This document shows, piece after piece, positions 1 to 8,145 of a stretch of DNA of 64,000 nucleotides; within the stretch, counting starts at the first letter, position 1; every line of letters begins with the position of its first letter. The translations under genes were made by a program, and so were the position numbers. Location of the stretch: positions 15,032-79,031 of IMG/VR virus record IMGVR_UViG_3300031963_000080. One strand, given 5' to 3'. A model generated the notes under the pieces. The model was not told the origin of the DNA. It saw nothing but the letters and a program-made list of their open reading frames with translations, and made no database searches. Origin of the DNA: a virus (Duplodnaviria > Caudoviricetes).

Positions 1-1
1 G

Positions 2-100
2 TACTACATTATCATATTTTTTGCAAAAATGGCGAACCATACCATTACAAATGATATGGTCACCAAGACCCAAGTGATGATGAATATACTTGAGCGACAT
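2..100 (-). CDS. N-terminus of a putative glycosyltransferase-like protein (truncated by window edge)
   Basis: ATG at 100 just after the upstream stop. MSLKYIHHHLGLGDHIICNG resembles the GT9-like 'GLGD' N-terminal motif. Lies in the sugar cluster. Confidence 0.5.
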   Translation of the reverse strand, partial: MSLKYIHHHLGLGDHIICNGMVRHFCKKYDNVV

Positions 101-101
101 A

Positions 102-446
102 TCACTCAACTCCCTTATATAGTTTTACAGAGTCCTCACGGAGAGTTCTTCCCGTTGCGATAGCATTATCCACAAGAAGATTAACTGCTTGCACAAGACG
201 AGGACGCTTTACTTTAAAGCAAATATCAATCTTACGCTTCAATTCGGCAATTTCCGTGTCAGTTTTTGCCTCTTGAATTGCATCTTCCAGCATCCACATA
301 CGAGTGTGAAGAATTGAAAGTTTTTCAATCACTTCTCCAAGATTGTCAGTTTCAATATATTCCACATCTGGAAGTTCTTTATGCGAAAGTACTCCATCAA
401 TAGTTTCTTTAATACATTCATCGATTAAGTCGCCCAACTTGCTCAT
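102..446 (-). CDS. hypothetical protein (DUF4254-like helical)
   Basis: 114-aa ORF coupled to the upstream gene; 'GEVIEKLSILHTRMW' segment. Confidence 0.55.
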   Translation of the reverse strand: MSKLGDLIDECIKETIDGVLSHKELPDVEYIETDNLGEVIEKLSILHTRMWMLEDAIQEAKTDTEIAELKRKIDICFKVKRPRLVQAVNLLVDNAIATGRTLREDSVKLYKGVE

Positions 447-1615
447 AATTCTCCCAAAATAATTTCCAGTAAATCCATGTCTCTATTAGAGACAAATTGA
501 TTATTTCCGATGTAGATCCCATTTTCATGGATGATATCTACATTTAAATTTTCAGTCTTTCCACTGATGGAATAATTTTTAAGATAAGGTTGTCTCAAAA
601 GATTTCCACCAACCACAGGTCTATATTCAATTTTATACTTATCCAACAATGAAATAAGTTTAGATTTAATTTCTTTTGTTCTACAAATAAAAGGAAAGCA
701 GAAACAACTGTTTCCTTCATTATACACCACTGGGTAAAAATTGTCTTTATTTTTTGGAGCAGACATAATTTCTACAAACCTAGTATATGTCTTGTCTCTA
801 TTTTCGATGAACTTATCCAATCTTTTGAGTTGAGATAATCCTAACACTGCACCAAACTCAGTGTTCCTAAAGTTATATCCATCACTTACAAATAGAAAAG
901 ATTTTTCTATTTCTAGATTTTGATTCTGATAGTACTTAAACTGGTCGGATACTCTAGCAAGTCCATGAGACCTTTTCATTTTCATCAAGTCATATAATTC
1001 CCAACTATCTGTAGAAATCATACCACCCTCTACGGTTGACATATGATGCCCAAAGTAAAAACTAAAGGTGGCACCAAGACTATTTTTACCTATCTTATTT
1101 TCACTCTTATCAAGACATCCATGAGATTCGCAAACATCATCAATAAACAAAGCATTAGGGAATATTTTACGATACTCTTCAATTTCAGCAGGAATTCCCA
1201 ATAGATGAGTCACAAATACCATTTTAATGTCTTGATGCAACTCAGAAATAATTTTTAAGTTGTCCAAATCAAAACTATAATTTTCAAGATTTACATCACA
1301 AAAAATTGGAGTAAGTCCCAATTGAATGATTGGATTAATATTTGTAACCCAAGTGCAAGATGGGACTAATACTTTATCACCTTTTTCTAATCCATACTTT
1401 TCTATGATAGAAGAAACTAACAAAAAGTTTGCCGTGCTTCCAGAAGTTACAAATAAAGAATACTTACATCCTAACCATTTTGACCACTCTTTCTCAAACC
1501 TCTCAACATTTTCTCCCTGAGTAAACTTATCGGAAGTTAAAACGAACTTAGCAAGTTGAACTCTATCCCATAAAGAGATGGAGTTTTTCATAAGAGGCCA
1601 CTTATAGTCTGACAT
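443..1615 (-). CDS. colD: DegT/DnrJ-family PLP enzyme, ColD-like GDP-4-keto-6-deoxymannose 3-dehydratase
   Basis: SGSTAN, DVCESHG and SFYFGHHMSTVEGG motifs, with His instead of the aminotransferase Lys; no E1-type Cys cluster. Confidence 0.75.
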   Translation of the reverse strand: MSDYKWPLMKNSISLWDRVQLAKFVLTSDKFTQGENVERFEKEWSKWLGCKYSLFVTSGSTANFLLVSSIIEKYGLEKGDKVLVPSCTWVTNINPIIQLGLTPIFCDVNLENYSFDLDNLKIISELHQDIKMVFVTHLLGIPAEIEEYRKIFPNALFIDDVCESHGCLDKSENKIGKNSLGATFSFYFGHHMSTVEGGMISTDSWELYDLMKMKRSHGLARVSDQFKYYQNQNLEIEKSFLFVSDGYNFRNTEFGAVLGLSQLKRLDKFIENRDKTYTRFVEIMSAPKNKDNFYPVVYNEGNSCFCFPFICRTKEIKSKLISLLDKYKIEYRPVVGGNLLRQPYLKNYSISGKTENLNVDIIHENGIYIGNNQFVSNRDMDLLEIILGEL

Positions 1616-2546
1616 AGTTACTCCTATTTTTTAGGAACCAATCAATAGTAATTTTCAGACCATCTTCAAGAGAAGTTTTTGCTTTCCATCCCAAAGAACT
1701 CATCTTTGAAGTATCAAGTGCTCTGCGTGGAGTGCCATTTGGTTTACTAGTATCCCAAATTAACTTACCATCATATCCAACAAGATTAGAAACAACCTCA
1801 GAAAGTTCTTTGATGCTTACTTCTCTTTCAGGACCAATATTAATAATTTCTGGATCTTCGTAGTTATTCATCAGAAAAACAAGGCCATCTGCAAGATCAT
1901 CAGAGAAAAGAAATTCTCTAGTTGGGCTACCATCACCAAAACAAACTACACTTTCAACTCCAGAATCTTTTGCGGAAACAAACTTATTAATAAAACTTGG
2001 GATTACATGACACTGCTCAAGGATAAAATTATCATTAATCCCATAAAGATTATTAGGCATTACTGATACAGTCGGAAATCCATACTGCTCAGTGTATTTT
2101 TTACACATCATGTATCCAGCAATTTTTGCCAGAGAATAAGAAATATTTGTTTCTTCAAGTGGTCCAGTCATCAAATACTCTTCTTTGATTGGCACTGGAG
2201 CATGTTTTGGATAGATACAAGCAGATCCTAAGAAGAGCAACTTCTTACATCCATTACGATACGCTGCATCAATTACATTTGTTTGAATCTGCAAATTTTC
2301 ACGAATAAAATCAGCGGGAATTGCTTTATTGTATCCAATGCCCCCTACTTTTGCTGCGCCAAGAAAAACATACTCAGGTCTTTCCTCAGCAAAAAATTCA
2401 TTAACATCTTTCTGAATTCTTAGATCTAATTGTGCTCTGGAGCGAGACAAAAGATTAGTATATCCATTAGATGTCAGATGTCTAGAAATTGCAGAACCAA
2501 CAAGTCCCCTATGCCCTGCAATAAAAATCTTAGATTCAAAGTTCAT
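1602..2546 (-). CDS. wcaG: GDP-L-fucose synthase / ColC-like epimerase-reductase
   Basis: [28 protein letters not shown] and PNNLYG motifs; start set at the ATG overlapping the end of gmd. Confidence 0.92.
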   Translation of the reverse strand: MNFESKIFIAGHRGLVGSAISRHLTSNGYTNLLSRSRAQLDLRIQKDVNEFFAEERPEYVFLGAAKVGGIGYNKAIPADFIRENLQIQTNVIDAAYRNGCKKLLFLGSACIYPKHAPVPIKEEYLMTGPLEETNISYSLAKIAGYMMCKKYTEQYGFPTVSVMPNNLYGINDNFILEQCHVIPSFINKFVSAKDSGVESVVCFGDGSPTREFLFSDDLADGLVFLMNNYEDPEIINIGPEREVSIKELSEVVSNLVGYDGKLIWDTSKPNGTPRRALDTSKMSSLGWKAKTSLEDGLKITIDWFLKNRSNYVRL

Positions 2547-3537
2547 TTTTACACATGTCCTCAACTAGTTCATCAAAAGAAATTTTTGGTTCCCAACCAA
2601 GTTTTTGTTTAGCTTTTGTGGCATCACCCAAAAGAGTTTCCACTTCTGCAGGTCGAAAATATTTAGGATTGACTGCAATGACTTGGTTACCACTAATTGT
2701 ATCATATCCAACTTCTTCTAGACCTTCTCCCATCCATGCAATTTTCATCCCAAAATAAGGTGCTGATTTTTCTACAAATTCCCTAACAGAATATTGTTCG
2801 CCGGTTGCAATCACATAATCATCAGGTTCGTTTTGTTGTAACATCATCCACATTGCTCTCACAAAGTCAGCGGCATGTCCCCAATCTCGTTTTGAGTTTA
2901 AATTCCCGAGATATAGTATATCTTGTTTTCCAGTTGAAATGCGTGATAATCCGCGAGTGATTTTTCTTGTGACAAAAGTTTCTCCTCTTCTAGGGGATTC
3001 GTGATTGAAAAGAATTCCAGAACTTGCATGTAGTCCATATGATTCTCTGTAATTTTTGACGATCCAATATCCATAAAGTTTTGCTACTCCATAAGGCGAA
3101 CGAGGATAAAAAGGTGTAGTTTCTCTCTGTGGTATCTCTTGTACCAAACCATAAAGTTCGGATGTAGATGCCTGATAAATTTTAGTTTTCTTCTCCATGC
3201 CCAAAAGACGCACTGCTTCTAGAATGCGGAGTGTTCCCAAGGCATCGACTTGTCCAGTGTATTCTGGCGTCTCAAAAGAAACTTTTACATGGCTTTGAGC
3301 ACCAAGATTATAAATTTCATCTGGTTGAACTTTTTGTATAATACTAATAAGATTAGTAGAATCAGTTAAATCTCCATAATGAAGATTAATAGAATCATAG
3401 ATGTGATCGATGCGAGCAGTATTAATAAGAGATGATCGTCGAATTATACCATGTACTTCATAACCTTTTTCTAATAATAGTTCGGCAAGATATGATCCAT
3501 CTTGGCCCGACGCTCCAGAAATTAAAGCTTTTTTCAC
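2536..3537 (-). CDS. gmd: GDP-mannose 4,6-dehydratase
   Basis: [27 protein letters not shown] and [15 protein letters not shown] motifs. Confidence 0.97.
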   Translation of the reverse strand: MKKALISGASGQDGSYLAELLLEKGYEVHGIIRRSSLINTARIDHIYDSINLHYGDLTDSTNLISIIQKVQPDEIYNLGAQSHVKVSFETPEYTGQVDALGTLRILEAVRLLGMEKKTKIYQASTSELYGLVQEIPQRETTPFYPRSPYGVAKLYGYWIVKNYRESYGLHASSGILFNHESPRRGETFVTRKITRGLSRISTGKQDILYLGNLNSKRDWGHAADFVRAMWMMLQQNEPDDYVIATGEQYSVREFVEKSAPYFGMKIAWMGEGLEEVGYDTISGNQVIAVNPKYFRPAEVETLLGDATKAKQKLGWEPKISFDELVEDMCKNEL

Positions 3538-3540
3538 AGA

Positions 3541-3882
3541 TCAAATCCTCCCATAAGAATCTTCAATTCTAACAATGTCTTCTTCAATGCATTTTTCTCC
3601 AAGTTGAACTTCTATAATTATTATACCATTATTCCCTCCAGTAATACGATGTTTGGATAAAATTGGAACAAAAATATAATCTCCAACTTTTACATTTGTA
3701 GTTTCTTCATTTAATTCCAATTTGCCACTACCGCATACCACAACCCAATGTTCATCTCTTTGTTTATGATATTGTAAGGATATTTTTTGAGTCGGCTGAA
3801 TATATAGCCTCTTAACTTTATATCCATCGTCATCTTTTAGATTTTCATGCCAACCCCAAGGTTTATGTATTCTTTCTATCAT
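3541..3882 (-). CDS. cupin, mannose-6-phosphate isomerase type II C-terminal-like
   Basis: KPWG, SLQYH..RDEHW, EVQLG..EEDIVRIED motifs; ATGA overlap with the upstream stop. Confidence 0.88.
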   Translation of the reverse strand: MIERIHKPWGWHENLKDDDGYKVKRLYIQPTQKISLQYHKQRDEHWVVVCGSGKLELNEETTNVKVGDYIFVPILSKHRITGGNNGIIIIEVQLGEKCIEEDIVRIEDSYGRI

Positions 3883-4703
3883 ACTGCACAATTTGTAAAA
3901 TCGACTTGTCCATTTCGAGTTGCCCAGATTGGATACTCTTTTCCATAATTATTCCAAATCCTAGCTTGTTCTGGTCCAACTGGAACTCCACTCATCCCAG
4001 CAGCATTCCAAATAGTTTCATAAGTATCATCCTCATGGAAAGTAAAATCATGTTCTTCAGACTTAATTTTCAATAAAAGGGAGAGGATCGATTGATCGTG
4101 TCTATGTTCTCTGAAAATCTCATTATTTGTCAATTTCGATGGACTATCATCTAGATATCTCCCATCATCTTTGACACAAATCGACATCCATTTTTCAACT
4201 AAATCTCGAACCATTTGAGTATTTTTCAAAAAGAAAATCCCAGAAATTATTTGTTTTGTCATAAAATGTCCATCGTCATCTCCCATAATATGACAATAAG
4301 TATCCATTTTTGTCCATTGAATTTCGGGTAAATCCAAAGTAAAAAACACTCCTTCAGTATCAATGCATTCATCATAATACTGATTCAATTTCACCAATCC
4401 ATTTTTATTCAATTCACAACCAGAATCAACATACAATAGAATATCATTTTCTGGGATACTTTTTAGAGCCTCCAAAACAAAATAGGGTTTACATGCATAA
4501 TAGCCATAGTATCTCTGGTTCAATCCAGAACGAAGAGACATCATTGGTTTTATATGGTTGTCCCAAAAAGAGTTGTTCTCTAAGTCATCCTCCCCATATT
4601 CAAGTATTGACTTAAATATTCCAAAATTTTTTGCTTGGTTTTCAATTCTCTTCTTTCCTATAGAAAAATTATTATCCCCAAAATAAGTTAAGTGCAAATT
4701 CAT
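3879..4703 (-). CDS. putative nucleotide-sugar/glycosyltransferase-like protein
   Basis: KPYFV, LLYVDSG and EHRHDQSILSLL motifs; sugar-cluster context. Confidence 0.6.
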   Translation of the reverse strand: MNLHLTYFGDNNFSIGKKRIENQAKNFGIFKSILEYGEDDLENNSFWDNHIKPMMSLRSGLNQRYYGYYACKPYFVLEALKSIPENDILLYVDSGCELNKNGLVKLNQYYDECIDTEGVFFTLDLPEIQWTKMDTYCHIMGDDDGHFMTKQIISGIFFLKNTQMVRDLVEKWMSICVKDDGRYLDDSPSKLTNNEIFREHRHDQSILSLLLKIKSEEHDFTFHEDDTYETIWNAAGMSGVPVGPEQARIWNNYGKEYPIWATRNGQVDFTNCAV

Positions 4704-4729
4704 ATGGCAGTAATCACCGATTCATACGC

Positions 4730-4759
4730 ATTATACCAAAAAAGAGGAGTTGTTGTCAA
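4730..4759 (-). promoter_or_regulatory. sigma70-type promoter for the sugar cluster
   Basis: TTGACA-N18-TATAAT with an extended -10 (TGG TATAAT); overlaps the terminator hairpin. Confidence 0.7.
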
Positions 4760-4765
4760 CTCCTC
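4738..4765 (-). terminator. intrinsic terminator closing the structured RNA
   Basis: GAGGAGTTG-ACAA-CAACTCCTC followed by TTTTTT. Confidence 0.8.
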
Positions 4766-5185
4766 CATCAGGTCTGCCATGCACGCCACCAATTCTTTAA
4801 CTGGAAATTGGAAACCAGGCGGGAGTAACCTCCACATCCGCACCAGTCGTCATATTTAATGTCCATACGACGAGGACAATTTTGGGTCACAATTGGCTCC
4901 ACCACTTAGTTTTGAGAAACTAAGAAAAGTTGTGCTAATTTACTCAATTCGATCATACTAAAGAAAACGCATAATAACAACATATCCCATAATCTAAATT
5001 TAATCACAAAAGGAACAATAAGTAGTCCCCCAATAAACTTCAATAATAGACCACTTTTGAAATCCCCCCATAACATAATTTGATAACCAATAATGAGAAA
5101 AAGATTTCCAAGGTACCTAAGAACACTAGTTTTAGACATAAGGGAAGCACTCCGACCAGGGCAAGTTTTAAGTCATTCCGAGACT
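4766..5185 (-). ncRNA. modular structured RNA, probably manA-motif-like, containing a small ORF
   Basis: Four hairpin or pseudoknot units, each followed by UGG(U/C)... It lies upstream of sugar-metabolism genes and near tRNAs, as described for the manA motif. Family call is from memory. Confidence 0.7.
4906..5139 (-). CDS. small membrane protein embedded in the structured RNA
   Basis: 77 aa with about 3 hydrophobic segments. Confidence 0.7.
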   Translation of the reverse strand: MSKTSVLRYLGNLFLIIGYQIMLWGDFKSGLLLKFIGGLLIVPFVIKFRLWDMLLLCVFFSMIELSKLAQLFLVSQN

Positions 5186-5190
5186 ATTTA

Positions 5191-5415
5191 CTATGCAGGA
5201 ACATCGACTTGAAGATCTTCACAAAGAAGGCTCAAAATTAACTCATAATCAGCTTCCGATTCCTGATAAAACTGAATTCCTTGCTCTTCATAAAATTTTT
5301 TAACCTTTTTGAAGAGTTTTGGTTGATCATATTCTAGATCAATTTCTCGGTTTGCGGCACGAGTAAGAGTATAAATTGATTTGCGAAACTTTGAATTGAA
5401 AGGATGATTAGACAT
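5191..5415 (-). CDS. hypothetical protein
   Basis: Start moved to ATG 5415 because a consensus promoter occupies 5438-5466. Confidence 0.75.
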   Translation of the reverse strand: MSNHPFNSKFRKSIYTLTRAANREIDLEYDQPKLFKKVKKFYEEQGIQFYQESEADYELILSLLCEDLQVDVPA

Positions 5416-5437
5416 TGGTTGAATTTGATTCGTTCCT

Positions 5438-5466
5438 ATTATAAGAGAGAATTGGTGAGATGTCAA
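5438..5466 (-). promoter_or_regulatory. sigma70-type early promoter
   Basis: TTGACA-N17-TATAAT, perfect consensus. Confidence 0.85.
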
Positions 5467-5489
5467 GGGGCACCAAGAATAAAATTTTC

Positions 5490-6068
5490 TTATCTAAGTT
5501 TTGGGCCACGCATCCAAGTAACTAACGATAATCTAGTCCCACTTAATACCTTTGAAACTCTATGTGGAAGCCTAGAATCGAAAATCGTTATAGATCCTTT
5601 AGTTCTAGAAATTGAAGTAATGTTTGCATGATAATCAATTAATTGCAATTCTCCGCCATCATATTCGGATTCATCTGAAATGAGTAGAGAAGCAGACAAT
5701 TTTCTAGTATATGCTGAGTCATCTAGACCATAATCACAATGCCAATTATAGTGCCCATTTTGATCATATTTACTAACTTGTATTGACTCTATTCCCGCCA
5801 AATCATATTCCCAACATTCTCTATTAGCTTTTTCGAAATAATGACGGAACATGGAGCATATCCAATGATCGTCCTGTAGCCAGTATATAGTGGAATCTCT
5901 GATATTTTTCAAATTGGGGGAATCTTCTTCTTCGTTTGCTGTGGTGCCAACCAAAAAAGAATCTGGGTCAATGATTTTTATTTCTTTTATCATCATGTCA
6001 ATCAATTCCGATGGTATTACCTCCGAATAATAAACATAAGATGATGCTTCTTTGTCGTAATATGTCAT
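5490..6068 (-). CDS. 2OG-Fe(II) oxygenase (PKHD-type hydroxylase-like)
   Basis: WHCD, RKLSAS, YDGGEL, HRV and R-x-S motifs. Confidence 0.9.
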   Translation of the reverse strand: MTYYDKEASSYVYYSEVIPSELIDMMIKEIKIIDPDSFLVGTTANEEEDSPNLKNIRDSTIYWLQDDHWICSMFRHYFEKANRECWEYDLAGIESIQVSKYDQNGHYNWHCDYGLDDSAYTRKLSASLLISDESEYDGGELQLIDYHANITSISRTKGSITIFDSRLPHRVSKVLSGTRLSLVTWMRGPKLR

Positions 6069-6084
6069 AAAAATATATTAAATA

Positions 6085-6297
6085 TCAGCTTCCTTCTTCA
6101 TGATCGGTATGAATTCTGATAAGATCGTCATCAGAACAAGTTCCACCAAATACTTCTACCATTTCATTATATGGAACCATAATTGCATTTCCATGCTCAC
6201 TTGTTATAATTAATGATTCACCATTTTCTACTCTTTCCATCAAATAGTCAAAATCAGATTGAAATTCTTCTACTGTAAATGATTGAAGTTCTGCCAT
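6085..6297 (-). CDS. Phd/YefM-like small protein
   Basis: TVEEFQSDFDYLMERVENGESLIIT..G.AIMVPY matches the Phd/YefM N-terminal pattern. Confidence 0.6.
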   Translation of the reverse strand: MAELQSFTVEEFQSDFDYLMERVENGESLIITSEHGNAIMVPYNEMVEVFGGTCSDDDLIRIHTDHEEGS

Positions 6298-6341
6298 TTT
6301 TATGAAATTAAATTTACACAGATTAGGTAACAAATTCCTAA

Positions 6342-6417
6342 TCCGGATACTCAGATTTGAACTGAGATTATTCCTGCTCCCAAAGCAGGTGCCATGACCA
6401 AGTTAGGCGATATCCGG
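6342..6417 (-). tRNA. tRNA-Pro(TGG)
   Basis: Cloverleaf: acceptor CCGGATA/TATCCGG, anticodon arm CCTGC-TTTGGGA-GCAGG, T arm CTCAG-TTCAAAT-CTGAG. Confidence 0.93.
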
Positions 6418-6426
6418 GAATTTAAG

Positions 6427-6543
6427 CTATTTATTATTTGAGTGTATGACCATAATACCAAAGATAGGAACCATTGTCAAGAGAAAACAGAGAGTCCCTA
6501 AAAATAGACTATTGTTTAATAGTGTTCCAATCAGATGTCCCAT
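6427..6543 (-). CDS. small hydrophobic protein (38 aa)
   Basis: MGHLIGTLLNNSLFLGTLCFLLTMVPIFGIMVIHSNNK; tiles with neighbouring ORFs. Confidence 0.55.
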   Translation of the reverse strand: MGHLIGTLLNNSLFLGTLCFLLTMVPIFGIMVIHSNNK

Positions 6544-6653
6544 TCTTCTTTTTCGTCTTCATAAGTACATGGTTCTTCAAAGAGTTCAATCATTTTTTGC
6601 TGTAGAACTCTCTGTTGCAATTTTTCTATATCTTCTTCTGTTAATTCAATCAC
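6531..6653 (-). CDS. small acidic protein (40 aa)
   Basis: GTG start overlapping the upstream stop; VIELTEEDIEKLQQRVLQQKMIELFEEP... Confidence 0.55.
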   Translation of the reverse strand: MIELTEEDIEKLQQRVLQQKMIELFEEPCTYEDEKEEWDI

Positions 6654-6808
6654 TTATATTTGCCTTCTCCTCCAAGAAATTTTTCTAGTGGATCTTTTCT
6701 TGTTTTTGATATTTCCACGGCTCTTTTATAAAACATATTATCCGTATTACCAGAAGCTTCGAATGTGGCTTTTATTTTTAACCAATTTTCGTATGTCCGT
6801 TGGTCCAT
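6650..6808 (-). CDS. small hypothetical protein (52 aa)
   Basis: MDQRTYENWLKIKATFEASGNTDNMFYKRAVEI...; co-oriented and tiles with neighbours. Confidence 0.65.
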   Translation of the reverse strand: MDQRTYENWLKIKATFEASGNTDNMFYKRAVEISKTRKDPLEKFLGGEGKYK

Positions 6809-6876
6809 TAGAATATATCATATTATCACTAATTATAATTGGTAAATTCTCAGTGTCAATCATATGTCACGAAATC

Positions 6877-7248
6877 TTAATAACCGTGATTGATAATAGT
6901 TTTCGTGTACTTCCTTAAAATCTCTCCGGCTCTAGAATTTGCTTCATTTTCGCATTCACTTCCAGTTTCTCCGCTCATTTCTTTTCCACTTTGTTTTTGA
7001 TGATAATGTACAAGTTCATGCGCAAGAGTTCTATAAACATCTAATGGATGTCTTTGTGCAGTCTGAATTTTAATCTCGTCCGTGCCAAGATTAAAACAAC
7101 CAAAAGTTTTATTGTCAATTGAGAACTTGGGATCATCTATTACAATAACTTTTGGTAAAGTAGATAACCCAAGTTCATCCTTGACAAAATTCATAAAATC
7201 TTTAACTTGAACCTTTTTTGATTCAGTAAGAAACTCTTTGAATCTCAT
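6877..7248 (-). CDS. small zinc metallopeptidase-like protein
   Basis: TLAHELVHYHQ (HExxH) and ENEAN; N-terminus MRFKEFLTE. Confidence 0.8.
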   Translation of the reverse strand: MRFKEFLTESKKVQVKDFMNFVKDELGLSTLPKVIVIDDPKFSIDNKTFGCFNLGTDEIKIQTAQRHPLDVYRTLAHELVHYHQKQSGKEMSGETGSECENEANSRAGEILRKYTKTIINHGY

Positions 7249-7263
7249 GAGTTTTTTATGTAT

Positions 7264-7515
7264 TTATCTGACTTCAAAATCTAATCTACGAACCTTTCTT
7301 TGTCTTCTGGCCTCCTGCCACATAATGTCTTCATTTGTTAATACTTTTGTTGATTCTTTTTGTGCGGGAGAATTCAACATGACAATTTTCGATAAATCTA
7401 CTGCAGATATTTTATCTTCTTTTATTGTTGCCATATTGGGACAACCACAAGACTTCGACTGGCCAGGTCTTGCCGTCACTTCAGTATTGCACTGTTTGCA
7501 TCTTATCTTTAACAT
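7264..7515 (-). CDS. zinc-ribbon hypothetical protein
   Basis: CKQC...CGC. Confidence 0.75.
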   Translation of the reverse strand: MLKIRCKQCNTEVTARPGQSKSCGCPNMATIKEDKISAVDLSKIVMLNSPAQKESTKVLTNEDIMWQEARRQRKVRRLDFEVR

Positions 7516-7614
7516 TTCTATTCATTATGAATATTTGCGTTTGATTATTTATAATAAAAAAGCCCACGCAATGTGAGCTTTTAAAGAATAGATATAAGAT
7601 TTAACATATTTTAA

Positions 7615-7687
7615 CTCCCCCAGTCCGACTCGAACGAACAACCCCAGAGTTAACAGCTCCGTGCTCTGCCAATTGAGCTATAGGGGA
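7615..7687 (-). tRNA. tRNA-Asn(GTT)
   Basis: Acceptor TCCCCTA/TGGGGGA, anticodon arm CGGAG-CTGTTAA-CTCTG, T loop TTCGAGT. Confidence 0.95.
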
Positions 7688-7691
7688 ATGT

Positions 7692-7762
7692 AGGAAGTTA
7701 CTGGACTTACACCAGTTCGAAGGGCATTGTCTGCTTGTCTCGATTCTTTGACTTAACTTCCT
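7692..7762 (-). ncRNA. tRNA-like element with non-canonical anticodon arm
   Basis: GGAAGTT/AACTTCC stem stacked on an ACTGG-TGTAAGT-CCAGT arm; lies between two tRNAs. Confidence 0.5.
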
Positions 7763-7801
7763 TTGGTCTTCAGTTAGGATACATACCTAACAAACACCAA
7801 A

Positions 7802-7872
7802 AGCGAAATACGGGATTCGAACCCGTGACACCAACTTGGAAGGATGGGATGTTACCACTACACCAATTTCGC
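7802..7872 (-). tRNA. tRNA-Gly(TCC)
   Basis: Acceptor GCGAAAT/ATTTCGC, loop CTTCCAA, T arm ACGGG-TTCGAAT-CCCGT. Confidence 0.94.
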
Positions 7873-7915
7873 AATAAAACAATCATACCATATTTATGAA
7901 TGACTGCCAAACTTA

Positions 7916-8104
7916 TCAAGAGTTTTTTTGTATTACTTCAAGATCAGTTCCAATAGCACGAAGCCATGTATTTAAATTCTCCATAACAAATTCATCATCT
8001 GGATTTTCAAAATTGATACGAATATCACGGATTGTATCGTGGTTTTCATTCCTGGCGGAATAACCAAGATCATAGTTTGTGTTCACAACTTGTTTTTTGG
8101 GCAT
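7916..8104 (-). CDS. hypothetical protein
   Basis: 62-aa ORF between tRNAs. Confidence 0.6.
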   Translation of the reverse strand: MPKKQVVNTNYDLGYSARNENHDTIRDIRINFENPDDEFVMENLNTWLRAIGTDLEVIQKNS

Positions 8105-8145
8105 AATCAATTAAGAATGTAATACGGAGATATTTCAGTATCTCA

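Noticed and set aside
4778-5158. Plus-strand tRNA/tmRNA 3' remnants or attachment sites
   Set aside because: No T-arm or cloverleaf precedes the CCA segments and no integrase is present. The promoter, the terminator and the G-U-containing pseudoknot all favour minus-strand transcription.
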